Positions 47,515 through 56,241 are shown, numbered from the stretch's first letter. The stretch is 64,000 bases of DNA from Roseomonas sp. (GCA_041914265.1 JAYSDS010000008.1:8283-72282), one strand, 5' to 3'. Made by a program: numbers and translations. The notes: generated by a model from the sequence alone, not told the origin.

Positions 47515-49250
47515 CTGCTTCCAACACCACCCTCGCCATCACGGGCGGCGAGGCTCTCGCGCGCATGCTGCAGGCCCATCACGTCGGTCCGATGTTCGGC
47601 ATGGGCGGCTTCCAGCTCCTGCCCTTCTACGAAGCCGTGCGCGCGCTTGGCCTCAAGCATCATCTGATCAACGATGAACGCTGCGGCACCTTCGCCGCGG
47701 ATGCCTGGGCGCGGGTGACGAACCGGCCCGGCGTGGTGGATGCGACGCTCGGGCCGGGGGCGACGAACCTCGTCACCGGCCTGGTGGAATCGCTGAACGC
47801 GGGCATCCCGCTCATCGCCGTGGTGGGCGACGCCAATCGCGACCACGCCTGGAAGAACATGACGCAGGAAGCGCGGCAGGTGGAGATCCTCCGCCCCGCC
47901 TGCAAGGAACTCATCCGCGTCGAGAGCACGAAGCGCATCCCCGAATTCGTCCGGCGCGCCTTCGCGGTCGCGACCTCCGGCCGCCCCGGCCCGGTCGTGC
48001 TGGATCTGCCGGAAGATGTCTGCCACGGCGAGCACGGCTTCGCCGCAGACGAGATCTGGGCCGATCCCGGCACGCTGCGCGCCCAGGCGCGGCGCACCCG
48101 GCCCGATCCGGACGAGCTCGACCGCGCCGCCGCGCTGCTCGCCAAGGCGCGCCGACCGCTGCTGCTGGTCGGCGGCGGCATCCATGTCTCGGGCGCGCAT
48201 GACGCGCTGCTGGCGCTGGCGGAGGCCCAGCAGATCCCAGTCGCGCACACCATGTCGGGCAAGGGCGCCATCGCCTGCACGCATCCGCTCTCGGCGGGTG
48301 TCTTCGGCCGGTACTCGCGCATCGCCAACGACTTCGTCGCCGAGGCGGACCTGCTCATCGTCGTCGGCTGCAAGCTCGGCGAGATCGCGACGAAGCGCTT
48401 CTCCCTGATGCCCGCCGGCGTGCCGATCATCCATGTCGAGATCGTGCCGGAGGAGATCGGCCGCACCACTCGTGCGGATGTGGCGCTGGCCGCCGATGCG
48501 AAGCTGGCACTGGAAGACCTGTTCGGGATGATGCCGAAAGGCGCCCTGCCCGATGGCCGCGCGGCATTCGCCGCCGCCGTCGCGCCGCGCATGGCGGCTT
48601 GGCGCGTCGGCGCCGCCGACCGGCTGGAAGCGAACGAGACCCCCATCAATGTCGGCCGCCTGATCAACGAGCTGAACATCGCCATGGGCGAGGATGACAT
48701 CCTCGTCGCCGATGGCGGCTTCGCCGGCCATTGGGGCGGGCTGCTCTTCGATACGAAGAAGGCCGGGCGGCATTTCATCGCCGATCGCGGCTTCGCCTCC
48801 ATCGGCTATGGCGCGCCGGGCGCGATGGGCGCGCAGATGGCGGCGGGACCGAAGCGGCGCGTCGTCGGCCTCACCGGCGATGGCGGCTTCAACATGACGA
48901 TCGGGGAGATCGAGACGGCGCGGCGCGTCGGCGCCAACTACGTGCTCTGCGTCTTCAACAACGGCGCCTCGGGCTATGTGAAGGCACTGCAGCACGCGGT
49001 CTATGGCGCGGGGAACTACCAGTCCTCCGAGCTCGGCGAGACCGACTACGCCGCCGCCGCGCGCGCCTTCGGCTGCCAGGGCATCCGCGTGGAAAACCCG
49101 GCGATGCTCGGTGCCGCGATCCGCGAGGGGCTCGCCAACACCGACACGCCGACCATCCTCGATGTCATCGTCACGCGGGACCCGTCGCGGATGCTGCCCG
49201 GCGTCGACAACCGCACGCTCAAGGTCGAGAAGGGCGACCGGCCCGTCTGA
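47511..49250 (+). CDS. thiamine diphosphate-binding protein, acetolactate synthase large subunit-like
   Basis: ORF 47022..49250 trimmed to in-frame GTG 47511 (VTASNTTLAITGGEALARML), 579 aa. ThDP motif GDGGFNMTIGEIETARRVGANYVLCVFNNG. Confidence 0.88.
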   Translation: MTASNTTLAITGGEALARMLQAHHVGPMFGMGGFQLLPFYEAVRALGLKHHLINDERCGTFAADAWARVTNRPGVVDATLGPGATNLVTGLVESLNAGIPLIAVVGDANRDHAWKNMTQEARQVEILRPACKELIRVESTKRIPEFVRRAFAVATSGRPGPVVLDLPEDVCHGEHGFAADEIWADPGTLRAQARRTRPDPDELDRAAALLAKARRPLLLVGGGIHVSGAHDALLALAEAQQIPVAHTMSGKGAIACTHPLSAGVFGRYSRIANDFVAEADLLIVVGCKLGEIATKRFSLMPAGVPIIHVEIVPEEIGRTTRADVALAADAKLALEDLFGMMPKGALPDGRAAFAAAVAPRMAAWRVGAADRLEANETPINVGRLINELNIAMGEDDILVADGGFAGHWGGLLFDTKKAGRHFIADRGFASIGYGAPGAMGAQMAAGPKRRVVGLTGDGGFNMTIGEIETARRVGANYVLCVFNNGASGYVKALQHAVYGAGNYQSSELGETDYAAAARAFGCQGIRVENPAMLGAAIREGLANTDTPTILDVIVTRDPSRMLPGVDNRTLKVEKGDRPV

Positions 49251-49258
49251 GGCGGTAG

Positions 49259-49284
49259 CCGACAGAGGCGCGCCCCTCTGTCGG
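49259..49284 (+). terminator. hairpin downstream of the ThDP enzyme gene (putative terminator)
   Basis: CCGACAGAGG cgcgcc CCTCTGTCGG, a perfect 10-bp stem 9 nt after the stop. No U-tract. Confidence 0.5.
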
Positions 49285-49458
49285 TCCCGTCCTGGAGAAC
49301 CGCGGCCGCCGGCCCCCCGGCGCTGCCGGAAAGCGCCGCACCGACGCCACATCGCCGCCATCGTCCTGGGCGAGCTATCCTGACCTCCCCGTCCCGAAGG
49401 CCACGATCCTTCTCGTGTGCTCGCTATCGTGGCGCGGCGGATCACAGAGGATTGCGCC

Positions 49459-49917
49459 ATGTCCGTACCGGTACGGATCGCCCCCGTTCTTGGCATTCTG
49501 CTTCTCGCGGCCTGCACCAATCCCTACGACCCCGGCCAGCGGGCCGCGGGCGGCGCGCTGATCGGCGCCGGCACGGGGGCCGCGATCGGCGGCATCGCGG
49601 GCGGGCCGCGCGGCCTGGCGATCGGCGCGCTGGCCGGTGGGCTGGGCGGCGCGGCGATCGGCGCGGTCACCACGCCGACGCCCCCGCAATACCAGGCGGG
49701 CTACGCGCCGCAGGGCTATGGCCAGCCCGTCTACAACGCGCCGCAGCCGGTGCCGGCCCCGGCACCGACGGGGGCCTACACCTACTATCCCAACTATCCG
49801 GCGCCAGCCCCGGCCTATGCCGCGCCGCCCTACCCGCAGCCGCAACCCGCGCCGCCGCCCCAGCCCATGCCGCAGGGCTCCTACTGGCAGCCGGACCCCT
49901 ACGGCTATCACTACTGA
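49459..49917 (+). CDS. glycine-zipper lipoprotein (17-kDa surface antigen-like) with a Pro/Tyr/Gln-rich tail
   Basis: ORF trimmed to ATG 49459 (AGAGGA SD). Lipobox ILLLAAC. Gly-zipper GALIGAGTGAAIGGIAGG. The tail is rich in P, Y, Q and A. Confidence 0.75.
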   Translation: MSVPVRIAPVLGILLLAACTNPYDPGQRAAGGALIGAGTGAAIGGIAGGPRGLAIGALAGGLGGAAIGAVTTPTPPQYQAGYAPQGYGQPVYNAPQPVPAPAPTGAYTYYPNYPAPAPAYAAPPYPQPQPAPPPQPMPQGSYWQPDPYGYHY

Positions 49918-50804
49918 CCGGCGGCCTCGATCTCGGCGAGGCGCGGCAGGGAGGGCACCGCCCCGGCACGGCGGCAGGCCAGGGCGCCGGCAACGACGCC
50001 CTGTCGCAAGGCATCGGCCGCCGTCCGGCCAGCGGCCAGGCCCGCGGCGAAGGCCCCGATGAAAGCATCGCCCGCGCCTGTGCTGTCCACCACCGTCACC
50101 GGCAGGCTCGCCGCGTGATGCCGGCCGCCATCCGATCCCGCCCAGAAGGCGCCCGCTGCGCCGGCCGTGAGCACCGCCCCACCCGCATGGCGCGTGGCGA
50201 GGGCCGCGACCATGTCCTCCGGCGCCGCTGAACGGCCCAGCAGCCGCGCCGCCTCGGTCTCGTTCACCACCAGGATGTCGGTCTGGGAGAGCAGCCCCTG
50301 GGGCAGCGCGCCCGCCGGCGCGGCGTTGAGCAGAGTCGTTACGCCATGCGCCCGCGCCGCGCGGAACGCCGCCTCGGTGGTACCGAGCGGCGTCTCGAGC
50401 TGCGCGACCACCAGCGCCGCCCCGGCCACGGCGGCCTCGGCGCCCGGGGCAGGCAGCGCGGCATTGGCGCCGGCCAGGATGACGATCTCGTTCTCGCCCG
50501 CCGCATCGACCAGGATCAGCGCCTCCCCGGTCGGGAGGGTGTCGTGGCGCAGGGCCGCGCTGGCGTCGATCCCCTCCTCGGCCCAGAGCGCCAGCGCCCC
50601 GTCGCCCGCCGCGTCGCGGCCGATGGCGGCGACCATCGCCACCGCCGCCCCCGCCCGCGCCGCCGCGACCGCCTGGTTGCTGCCCTTGCCGCCATGGAAG
50701 CGCGCCATGCCCGTCGCCGCGAGTGTCTCGCCCGGCGCCGGGAAACGCGGCACGCGCAGCACCGTATCGCGATTGTAGGATCCGATGACGACGATGCGGG
50801 TCAT
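49911..50804 (-). CDS. rbsK: ribokinase (PfkB family)
   Basis: ORF trimmed to ATG 50804 (MTRIVVIGSYNRD). Contains GGKGSNQAVAAARAG and DSTGAGDAFIGAF. 7-nt convergent overlap with the lipoprotein gene. Confidence 0.85.
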   Translation of the reverse strand: MTRIVVIGSYNRDTVLRVPRFPAPGETLAATGMARFHGGKGSNQAVAAARAGAAVAMVAAIGRDAAGDGALALWAEEGIDASAALRHDTLPTGEALILVDAAGENEIVILAGANAALPAPGAEAAVAGAALVVAQLETPLGTTEAAFRAARAHGVTTLLNAAPAGALPQGLLSQTDILVVNETEAARLLGRSAAPEDMVAALATRHAGGAVLTAGAAGAFWAGSDGGRHHAASLPVTVVDSTGAGDAFIGAFAAGLAAGRTAADALRQGVVAGALACRRAGAVPSLPRLAEIEAAGQ

Positions 50805-51011
50805 GATATCCCCCCTTACCGCCGGCACCCTCGCGGCGCCGGGGCGGGAGCGTCAAGGCGGCACCTGACTGTCCTTGGTAGGGCCATCGTGTGGCCTGCA
50901 CCGCCGGCACTTGGCGCCTGGCATGAAGCCGATGCCGAGCCGCCATGGCGCGCTTGGGGCGCAAAAGCGGGTCCCGGTGCTCATTCTGACCGTGGTGCAA
51001 GGCGCCAGGTT

Positions 51012-51071
51012 GAGGTTTGCAAAGGCCTTTCGGCCTTTGCCGGGGTGGCTTGGAGGGGCGGCGCCCCGCCA
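51012..51071. repeat. double-hairpin intergenic repeat, family 2, copy 1
   Basis: gaggtttGCAAAGGCCtttcGGCCTTTGCcggggtggctTGGAGGGGCGgcGCCCCGCCA. The first 34 nt are 30/34 identical to 54166-54199. Confidence 0.65.
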
Positions 51072-51141
51072 ATTCCACAGCCGAGTCATCAGAACCCCGC
51101 CCTCATCCCGGTGCAAAGGCGTCCTATATCAGTGGAAACGA

Positions 51142-51591
51142 ATGGAAATCCCCATGCCCGACCCTCTTCAGATCGTTTGCCCGCACTGCGATGCCGTGAA
51201 CCGCGTGCCTGCCGCGCGGCTCGCGGAGGACCCCGCCTGCGGCGCCTGCCATCGCAAGCTTTTCGACGGCCATCCCACCGCGCTGGACGAACCGCGCTTC
51301 CGCAAGCATCTGCGTGCCTCCTCCATCCCGGTCCTGGTCGATTTCTGGGCCTCCTGGTGCGGCCCCTGCCGCGCCATGGCCCCGGCCTTCGAGGCCGCTG
51401 CACGGGATCTCGAACCCCATCTGCGCCTGGCCAAGGTCTCGACCGAGGAAGCGCCGCGCCTGGCCCAGGAGCTCGCCATCCAGAGCATCCCGACCCTCGC
51501 CCTGTTCCGCGATGGGCAGGAGGTCGGCCGCCTCAGCGGCGCCCGCCCCGCCCAGCAGATCATCGCCTGGGCGCGACAGGCCGCCGCGTGA
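51142..51591 (+). CDS. trxC: thioredoxin 2 (TrxC type, N-terminal zinc finger)
   Basis: CPHC..CGAC zinc-finger pair followed by the WASWCGPC active site. Start is ATG 51142 or ATG 51154. Confidence 0.92.
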   Translation: MEIPMPDPLQIVCPHCDAVNRVPAARLAEDPACGACHRKLFDGHPTALDEPRFRKHLRASSIPVLVDFWASWCGPCRAMAPAFEAAARDLEPHLRLAKVSTEEAPRLAQELAIQSIPTLALFRDGQEVGRLSGARPAQQIIAWARQAAA

Positions 51592-51658
51592 CGGGTTGCA
51601 GTGCAGCAGGGACGGCCTAACCTATTCGGATATCCGACATGGTTACCGAGGCTCCCTG

Positions 51659-53989
51659 ATGCTCGACGCGCTCCTGGCCGAATCGACGAAGCTCAAATTC
51701 GGGATCGGCCAGCCCGTGCCGCGCAATGAGGACCCTGTCCTGCTGCAAGGCCGCGGCCGCTATACCGACGACCTGCAGGTGGACGGCCAGGCTTGGTGCG
51801 TGATCGTGCGCAGCCCCTATGCCCACGGCGTCATCAACGGCATCGGCACCGAGGCCGCGAAGGCGATGCCGGGGGTGCTGGGCGTCTATACCGCCGCCGA
51901 CATGGTCGAATACGGGCCGATGAAGGCCGCGATCCCGCTCAAGAACCGCGACGGCACACCGCTGATCAACGTGATGCGCGGGCCGCTCGCCGCGGACAAG
52001 GTGCGCTTCGTCGGCGACCCCGTCGCCTTCGTGGTGGCCGAGACCAAGGCCCAGGCCAAGGACGCCGCCGAGGCGATCGAGATGGACATCGATGCTCTCG
52101 ATGCCGTGACCGAGGCCTCCGCCGCCGCCGCGCCCGGTGCGCCGCTGCTCTATGACCACGTGCCCAACAATGTGGTGCTCGACTTCCAGTTCGGCGACGC
52201 CGCCAAGGTCGAGGAGGCCTTCGCCAAGGCCGCGCATGTCACGACGCTGTCCATCCGCAGCAACCGCATCGTCGTCTGCTCGATGGAACCGCGCTCGGCG
52301 ATCGGGGAATGGGACGCGGCGGAGGGCCGCTACGTCCTGCGCGTCGGCTGCCAGGGCGTGTTCGGCCTGCGCAACCAGATGGCCAACGACATCCTGAAGG
52401 TGCCGGTCGACAAGCTGCGCATCCTGACCGGCAATGTCGGGGGCTCCTTCGGCATGAAGGCCAGCGCCTATCCGGAATATGCCTGCGTGCTGCACGCGGC
52501 GAAGATGCTCGGCCGCCCGGTGAAGTGGACGGATGAGCGCACCGGGTCGTTCCTGTCCGACTGCCACGGGCGCGACCACGAGACGGAAGCGTCGCTGGCG
52601 CTGGATGCCGAGGGGAAGTTCCTCGCGGTGAAGCTCGTCTCCTACGGGAACATGGGCGGCTACCTGTCCACGGTTGGCAACAACATGGGCACGGGCAACT
52701 TCATGCGGAACATCCAGTCGAACTACGCGACGCCGCTGCTGCTGGTGGAGACGCGGAACGTCCTCACCAACACCACGCCCATCACCGCCTATCGCGGCGC
52801 CGGCCGGCCCGAAGGCAATTATTTCATGGAACGGCTGATCGAGACGGCGGCGCGCGAGATGGGCCGCGACCCCATCGCGCTGCGCAAGCTGAACCACATC
52901 CGGCCCGACCAGTTCCCGTTCAAGTCGACCAATGGCTCGGTCTACGATTCCGGCGATTTCTCGGTGGTGCTGGATCGCGCCCTCGAAGCCGCCGACTGGG
53001 ACGGCTTCGCCGCCCGCAAGGCCGCGAGCGAGGCGCGCGGCAAGCTGCGCGGGCGGGGCATCGGCAACTTCCTCGAATGCACCGCGCCGCCGATGAAGGA
53101 ACAGGGCGAATTGGTCTTCGAGGAAGACGGGTCGGTCACCATCGTCACCGGCACGCTCGACTACGGCCAGGGCCATTGGACGCCCTTCGCCCAGGTGCTG
53201 CACACGAAGCTCGGCGTGCCCTTCGGCAAGATCAAGCTGGTCCAGGGCGATTCCGACCGGCTCATCGCCGGCGGCGGCACGGGCGGGTCGAAGTCGCTGA
53301 TGGCGTCGGGCGCTGCCATCCTCCAGGCCGCCGACATCGTCATCGAGAAGGGCCGCAAGGCCGCCGGCTTCATCCTGGAAGCCGCGGCCGAGGACATCGA
53401 ATTCGCCGAGGGCCGCTTCACCATCGCCGGCACCGACCGCGGCATCGGCATCATGGAACTGGCAGCGCAGATCCGCGAGATCGGCCCCCTGCCCCAGGAG
53501 GTGCCGAACAGCCTCGACAGCCGCACGGTGTTCGACGAAGCGCCGATGGCCTACCCCAATGGCTGCCACATCTGCGAGGTCGAGATCGACCCCGACACGG
53601 GCACCGTCGCCATCGACCGCTACACCACGGTCAACGATTTCGGCGTGATCGTGAACCCGCTGATGGTGCAGGGCCAGGCCCATGGCGGAATCGCCCAGGG
53701 CATCGGCCAGGCGCTGATGGAACACGTGGTCTATTCCGAGGACGGGCAGCTCCTGACCGGGTCCTACACCGATTACGGCCTGCCCCGCGCGGACGACCTG
53801 CCGAGCATCGGCTTCGAAAGCGCGCCGTCGCCCTGCACGACCAACCCGCTCGGCGCGAAGGGCTGCGGCGAGGCGGGCTGCGCGGGGTCGCTGCCGGCGG
53901 TGATGAACGCACTGTCGGACGCGCTGGGTGGGAAGCACATCAACATGCCGGCGACGCCGGAGAAGGTGTGGGCGGCGATCCACGGGTGA
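51659..53989 (+). CDS. xanthine dehydrogenase/aldehyde oxidase family molybdopterin-binding subunit (CoxL form II-like)
   Basis: ORF 51314..53989 trimmed to ATG 51659 (GAGG SD; MLDALLAESTKLKFGIGQPVPRNEDP), 776 aa. Contains AYRGAGRPEG (a form II-type loop, not the CO-dehydrogenase VAYRCSFR) and the C-terminal GAKGCGEAG. Confidence 0.9.
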   Translation: MLDALLAESTKLKFGIGQPVPRNEDPVLLQGRGRYTDDLQVDGQAWCVIVRSPYAHGVINGIGTEAAKAMPGVLGVYTAADMVEYGPMKAAIPLKNRDGTPLINVMRGPLAADKVRFVGDPVAFVVAETKAQAKDAAEAIEMDIDALDAVTEASAAAAPGAPLLYDHVPNNVVLDFQFGDAAKVEEAFAKAAHVTTLSIRSNRIVVCSMEPRSAIGEWDAAEGRYVLRVGCQGVFGLRNQMANDILKVPVDKLRILTGNVGGSFGMKASAYPEYACVLHAAKMLGRPVKWTDERTGSFLSDCHGRDHETEASLALDAEGKFLAVKLVSYGNMGGYLSTVGNNMGTGNFMRNIQSNYATPLLLVETRNVLTNTTPITAYRGAGRPEGNYFMERLIETAAREMGRDPIALRKLNHIRPDQFPFKSTNGSVYDSGDFSVVLDRALEAADWDGFAARKAASEARGKLRGRGIGNFLECTAPPMKEQGELVFEEDGSVTIVTGTLDYGQGHWTPFAQVLHTKLGVPFGKIKLVQGDSDRLIAGGGTGGSKSLMASGAAILQAADIVIEKGRKAAGFILEAAAEDIEFAEGRFTIAGTDRGIGIMELAAQIREIGPLPQEVPNSLDSRTVFDEAPMAYPNGCHICEVEIDPDTGTVAIDRYTTVNDFGVIVNPLMVQGQAHGGIAQGIGQALMEHVVYSEDGQLLTGSYTDYGLPRADDLPSIGFESAPSPCTTNPLGAKGCGEAGCAGSLPAVMNALSDALGGKHINMPATPEKVWAAIHG

Positions 53990-53997
53990 GCGCCGTT

Positions 53998-54020
53998 GGA
54001 GAGGGGCGTCGCCCCTCTCC
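53998..54020 (+). terminator. hairpin immediately downstream of the molybdoenzyme gene (putative terminator)
   Basis: GGAGAGGGGC gtc GCCCCTCTCC, a perfect 10-bp stem. It is followed by a second hairpin CCAGGATGC tgg GCATCCTGG at 54034-54054. Confidence 0.5.
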
Positions 54021-54165
54021 AAACCTCTCCCCACCAGGATGCTGGGCATCCTGGACCGCAATCTTCTGGAGCCGGGCACGACAGACGGAACGCCCCGCCA
54101 AGCGCTTTTCATGCGCAAGAGCGGGTCTCGGCGACGATCCTGCCTGCGGCGCACAACACCAAATC

Positions 54166-54232
54166 GAGGTTTCCAAAGGCCCTTCGGCCTTTGGTGGGGT
54201 GAGGTCCGGAGAGGGGCAAAGCCCTTCTCCGG
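54166..54232. repeat. double-hairpin intergenic repeat, family 2, copy 2
   Basis: gaggtttCCAAAGGCCcttcGGCCTTTGGtggggtgaggtCCGGAGAGGGGCaaaGCCCTTCTCCGG. The closing pair of stem 1 is swapped G-C to C-G relative to copy 1. Confidence 0.65.
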
Positions 54233-54262
54233 TTCATCATCGCCCGATCGGGATCGGCCCTT

Positions 54263-55228
54263 CTACTCGACGCGGATGCCCGCCGCCCTGATCGTCTCGC
54301 CCCAGGCCTGCCGGTCGCGCGCGATGGTACGGGCGAAGGTCGCGGGGTCCTCGAAATTCGGCGCGAGGCCGCTTTCGATCAGCCTCTGGCGCAGCGTCGC
54401 GTTCTGCAATCCCTGACGGATCGCCTCCGCCCAGTTCGCGATCGCTTCTTCCGGCATGCCGCGCGGGCCGCAGATGCCGAACCAGCCGATCACCTCGAGC
54501 CCCGGCACGATATCCGGCAGGCGCGGCGCGTCGGGGAAATCGGGCCAGCCTTCCCGGTCGCCCATGGCCAACAGGCGCAACTGACCGCCCTTGATCTGGC
54601 CGATGACGTCGCCGAGATTCGTGATCAGCACATCGGCGCGGCCGGCGATGACGTCGAGCGCCGCCGGCGCCGCGCCGCGATAGGGCACATGCACCATGTC
54701 GGCACCCGTCAGCCGCTTCAGCCGCTCGCCCGACAGGTGCTGCGCGGCGCCGTATCCGGCACTGGCATAGGTCAGCGCGCCGGGCCGCGCCTTCGCCGCG
54801 GCGATCAGATCCTGCAGCGTGCGATACGGGCTGTTGGCCCCGGTCACGACGACATAGGAAGACCGCGCGACATTCGCGACCGGGACGAGGTCCTGGCCGA
54901 CATCGATGGGGATGTGCATGCCCGGCATTTCCGGGCTGATCGTCATCGGCCCCATGGGGCAGAGCAGCACCGTCGATCCGTCATTCGGGCCACGCACCAC
55001 CGCCTCGGCGGCGAGGAAGCCATTCGCGCCGGTGCGTGTCTCCACCACGGCGCGATGGCCGAAACGCGGCGCCACGCCCTCGGCGACGACGCGCGCGGTG
55101 ATGTCCGTGGTCCCACCCGGCGCGAAGCCCACCATGATGCGGGTGGGGCGATCCGTGGGTTGCGCCTGGGCCGCGCCGGCCACCAGCAGCGCGGCGCCAA
55201 ACCATGCGGCGATCCATCGCCTGTTCAT
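54263..55228 (-). CDS. Bug/TctC family substrate-binding protein
   Basis: ORF trimmed to ATG 55228 (GGAGGAGGA SD; MNRRWIAAWFGAALLVAGAAQAQ). Contains RIMVGFAPGGTTD. Confidence 0.9.
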   Translation of the reverse strand: MNRRWIAAWFGAALLVAGAAQAQPTDRPTRIMVGFAPGGTTDITARVVAEGVAPRFGHRAVVETRTGANGFLAAEAVVRGPNDGSTVLLCPMGPMTISPEMPGMHIPIDVGQDLVPVANVARSSYVVVTGANSPYRTLQDLIAAAKARPGALTYASAGYGAAQHLSGERLKRLTGADMVHVPYRGAAPAALDVIAGRADVLITNLGDVIGQIKGGQLRLLAMGDREGWPDFPDAPRLPDIVPGLEVIGWFGICGPRGMPEEAIANWAEAIRQGLQNATLRQRLIESGLAPNFEDPATFARTIARDRQAWGETIRAAGIRVE

Positions 55229-55253
55229 GCCGTCCTCCTCCCTTGTTCGTGCA

Positions 55254-56210
55254 TCATTCGACGCGGATGTTCGCCGCACGGATGGTCTCGCCCCACATCG
55301 CGCGATCCGTCGCGATGGTGCGGGTGAAGGTGGCCGGATCCTCGAAGCGGGGCGTCAGGCCGTTCTCGACCAGCCGCTGCTGCAGGGCGGGGTCTGCGAA
55401 GCCCGTGCGCAACGCCTCCACCCAGCGCGCCACCACGGCATCGGGCATGCCGCGCGGCCCGCACAGGCCGAACCAGCCGCTGACGGCATAACCCGGCAGC
55501 GCTTCCGACACCTGCCCCACGCCGGTGAAACGCGGCGATCCGATGCCGTCCGCGAAGGCGAGCAGCCGCAGCCCCTCGCCCACCTGCCCGGCCACGTCGC
55601 CAAGGTTGGTGATGATCATGTCGGCGCGCCCCGCCGCGACGTCGAGAACGCCGGGTGCGGCACCGCGATACGGCACATGGATCATCTCAAGCTGCCCGAG
55701 CTGCGCGAAGCGCGCGCCCGACAGATGCGACACGGCGCCAATGCCCGCACTCGCATAGGTGATCGTGCCCGGCCGCGCGCGCGCCGCCGCGACGACCTCC
55801 GCGACGGACCGGTAGGGCGCGCGCGCCGAAACCACCATCACCTGCGTCGAGTGGACGAGATTGGCGATCGGCACCAGGTCGCGCGACGGGTCGATCGGCA
55901 TCTGCGCCCCAGGCAGCTCCGGGGTGATCGTCAGCATGCCGGTCGAGCACTGCACGACCGTATGGCCATCGGCCGGGCTGCGCGCCGCCTCGGCCGCGGC
56001 GATGAAGCCATTGGCGCCGGTGCGGATCTCCACCACCGGGCGCTGGCCGAAATTCGCCGCGACGGCCTCGGCGGTCAGCCGGTTGATGATGTCGCTGGTG
56101 CCCCCGGCGGCAAAGCCGCCCAGGATGCGCACCGGCCGGTCCGGAAAGGCCGCGGCCGGCGCGCTGGCAAGCGTGATCGCGGCGAGCGCCGCGACGACGA
56201 GACGGTTCAT
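55254..56210 (-). CDS. Bug/TctC family substrate-binding protein (tandem paralogue)
   Basis: 318 aa. Contains RILGGFAAGGTSD. The C-terminus FEDPATFTRTIATDRAMWGETIRAANIRVE is nearly identical to that of its neighbour. Confidence 0.9.
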   Translation of the reverse strand: MNRLVVAALAAITLASAPAAAFPDRPVRILGGFAAGGTSDIINRLTAEAVAANFGQRPVVEIRTGANGFIAAAEAARSPADGHTVVQCSTGMLTITPELPGAQMPIDPSRDLVPIANLVHSTQVMVVSARAPYRSVAEVVAAARARPGTITYASAGIGAVSHLSGARFAQLGQLEMIHVPYRGAAPGVLDVAAGRADMIITNLGDVAGQVGEGLRLLAFADGIGSPRFTGVGQVSEALPGYAVSGWFGLCGPRGMPDAVVARWVEALRTGFADPALQQRLVENGLTPRFEDPATFTRTIATDRAMWGETIRAANIRVE

Positions 56211-56241
56211 TCTTGTGTTTCTCCCCGGAAGGCGTGCGGCG

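Noticed and set aside
49375-51078. 567-aa minus-strand ORF, plus several 130-260-aa ORFs over 49450-50830.
   Set aside because: They overlap the lipoprotein gene (antisense) and the ribokinase gene (alternative frame). Their translations are Gly/Arg/Pro repeats. The ribokinase and lipoprotein frames carry specific motifs (PfkB signatures, a lipobox).
51617-54154. 845-aa minus-strand ORF.
   Set aside because: It is antisense to the CoxL-like gene, whose translation carries conserved family motifs. The antisense product is Arg/Gly/Asp/His-rich and motif-free.
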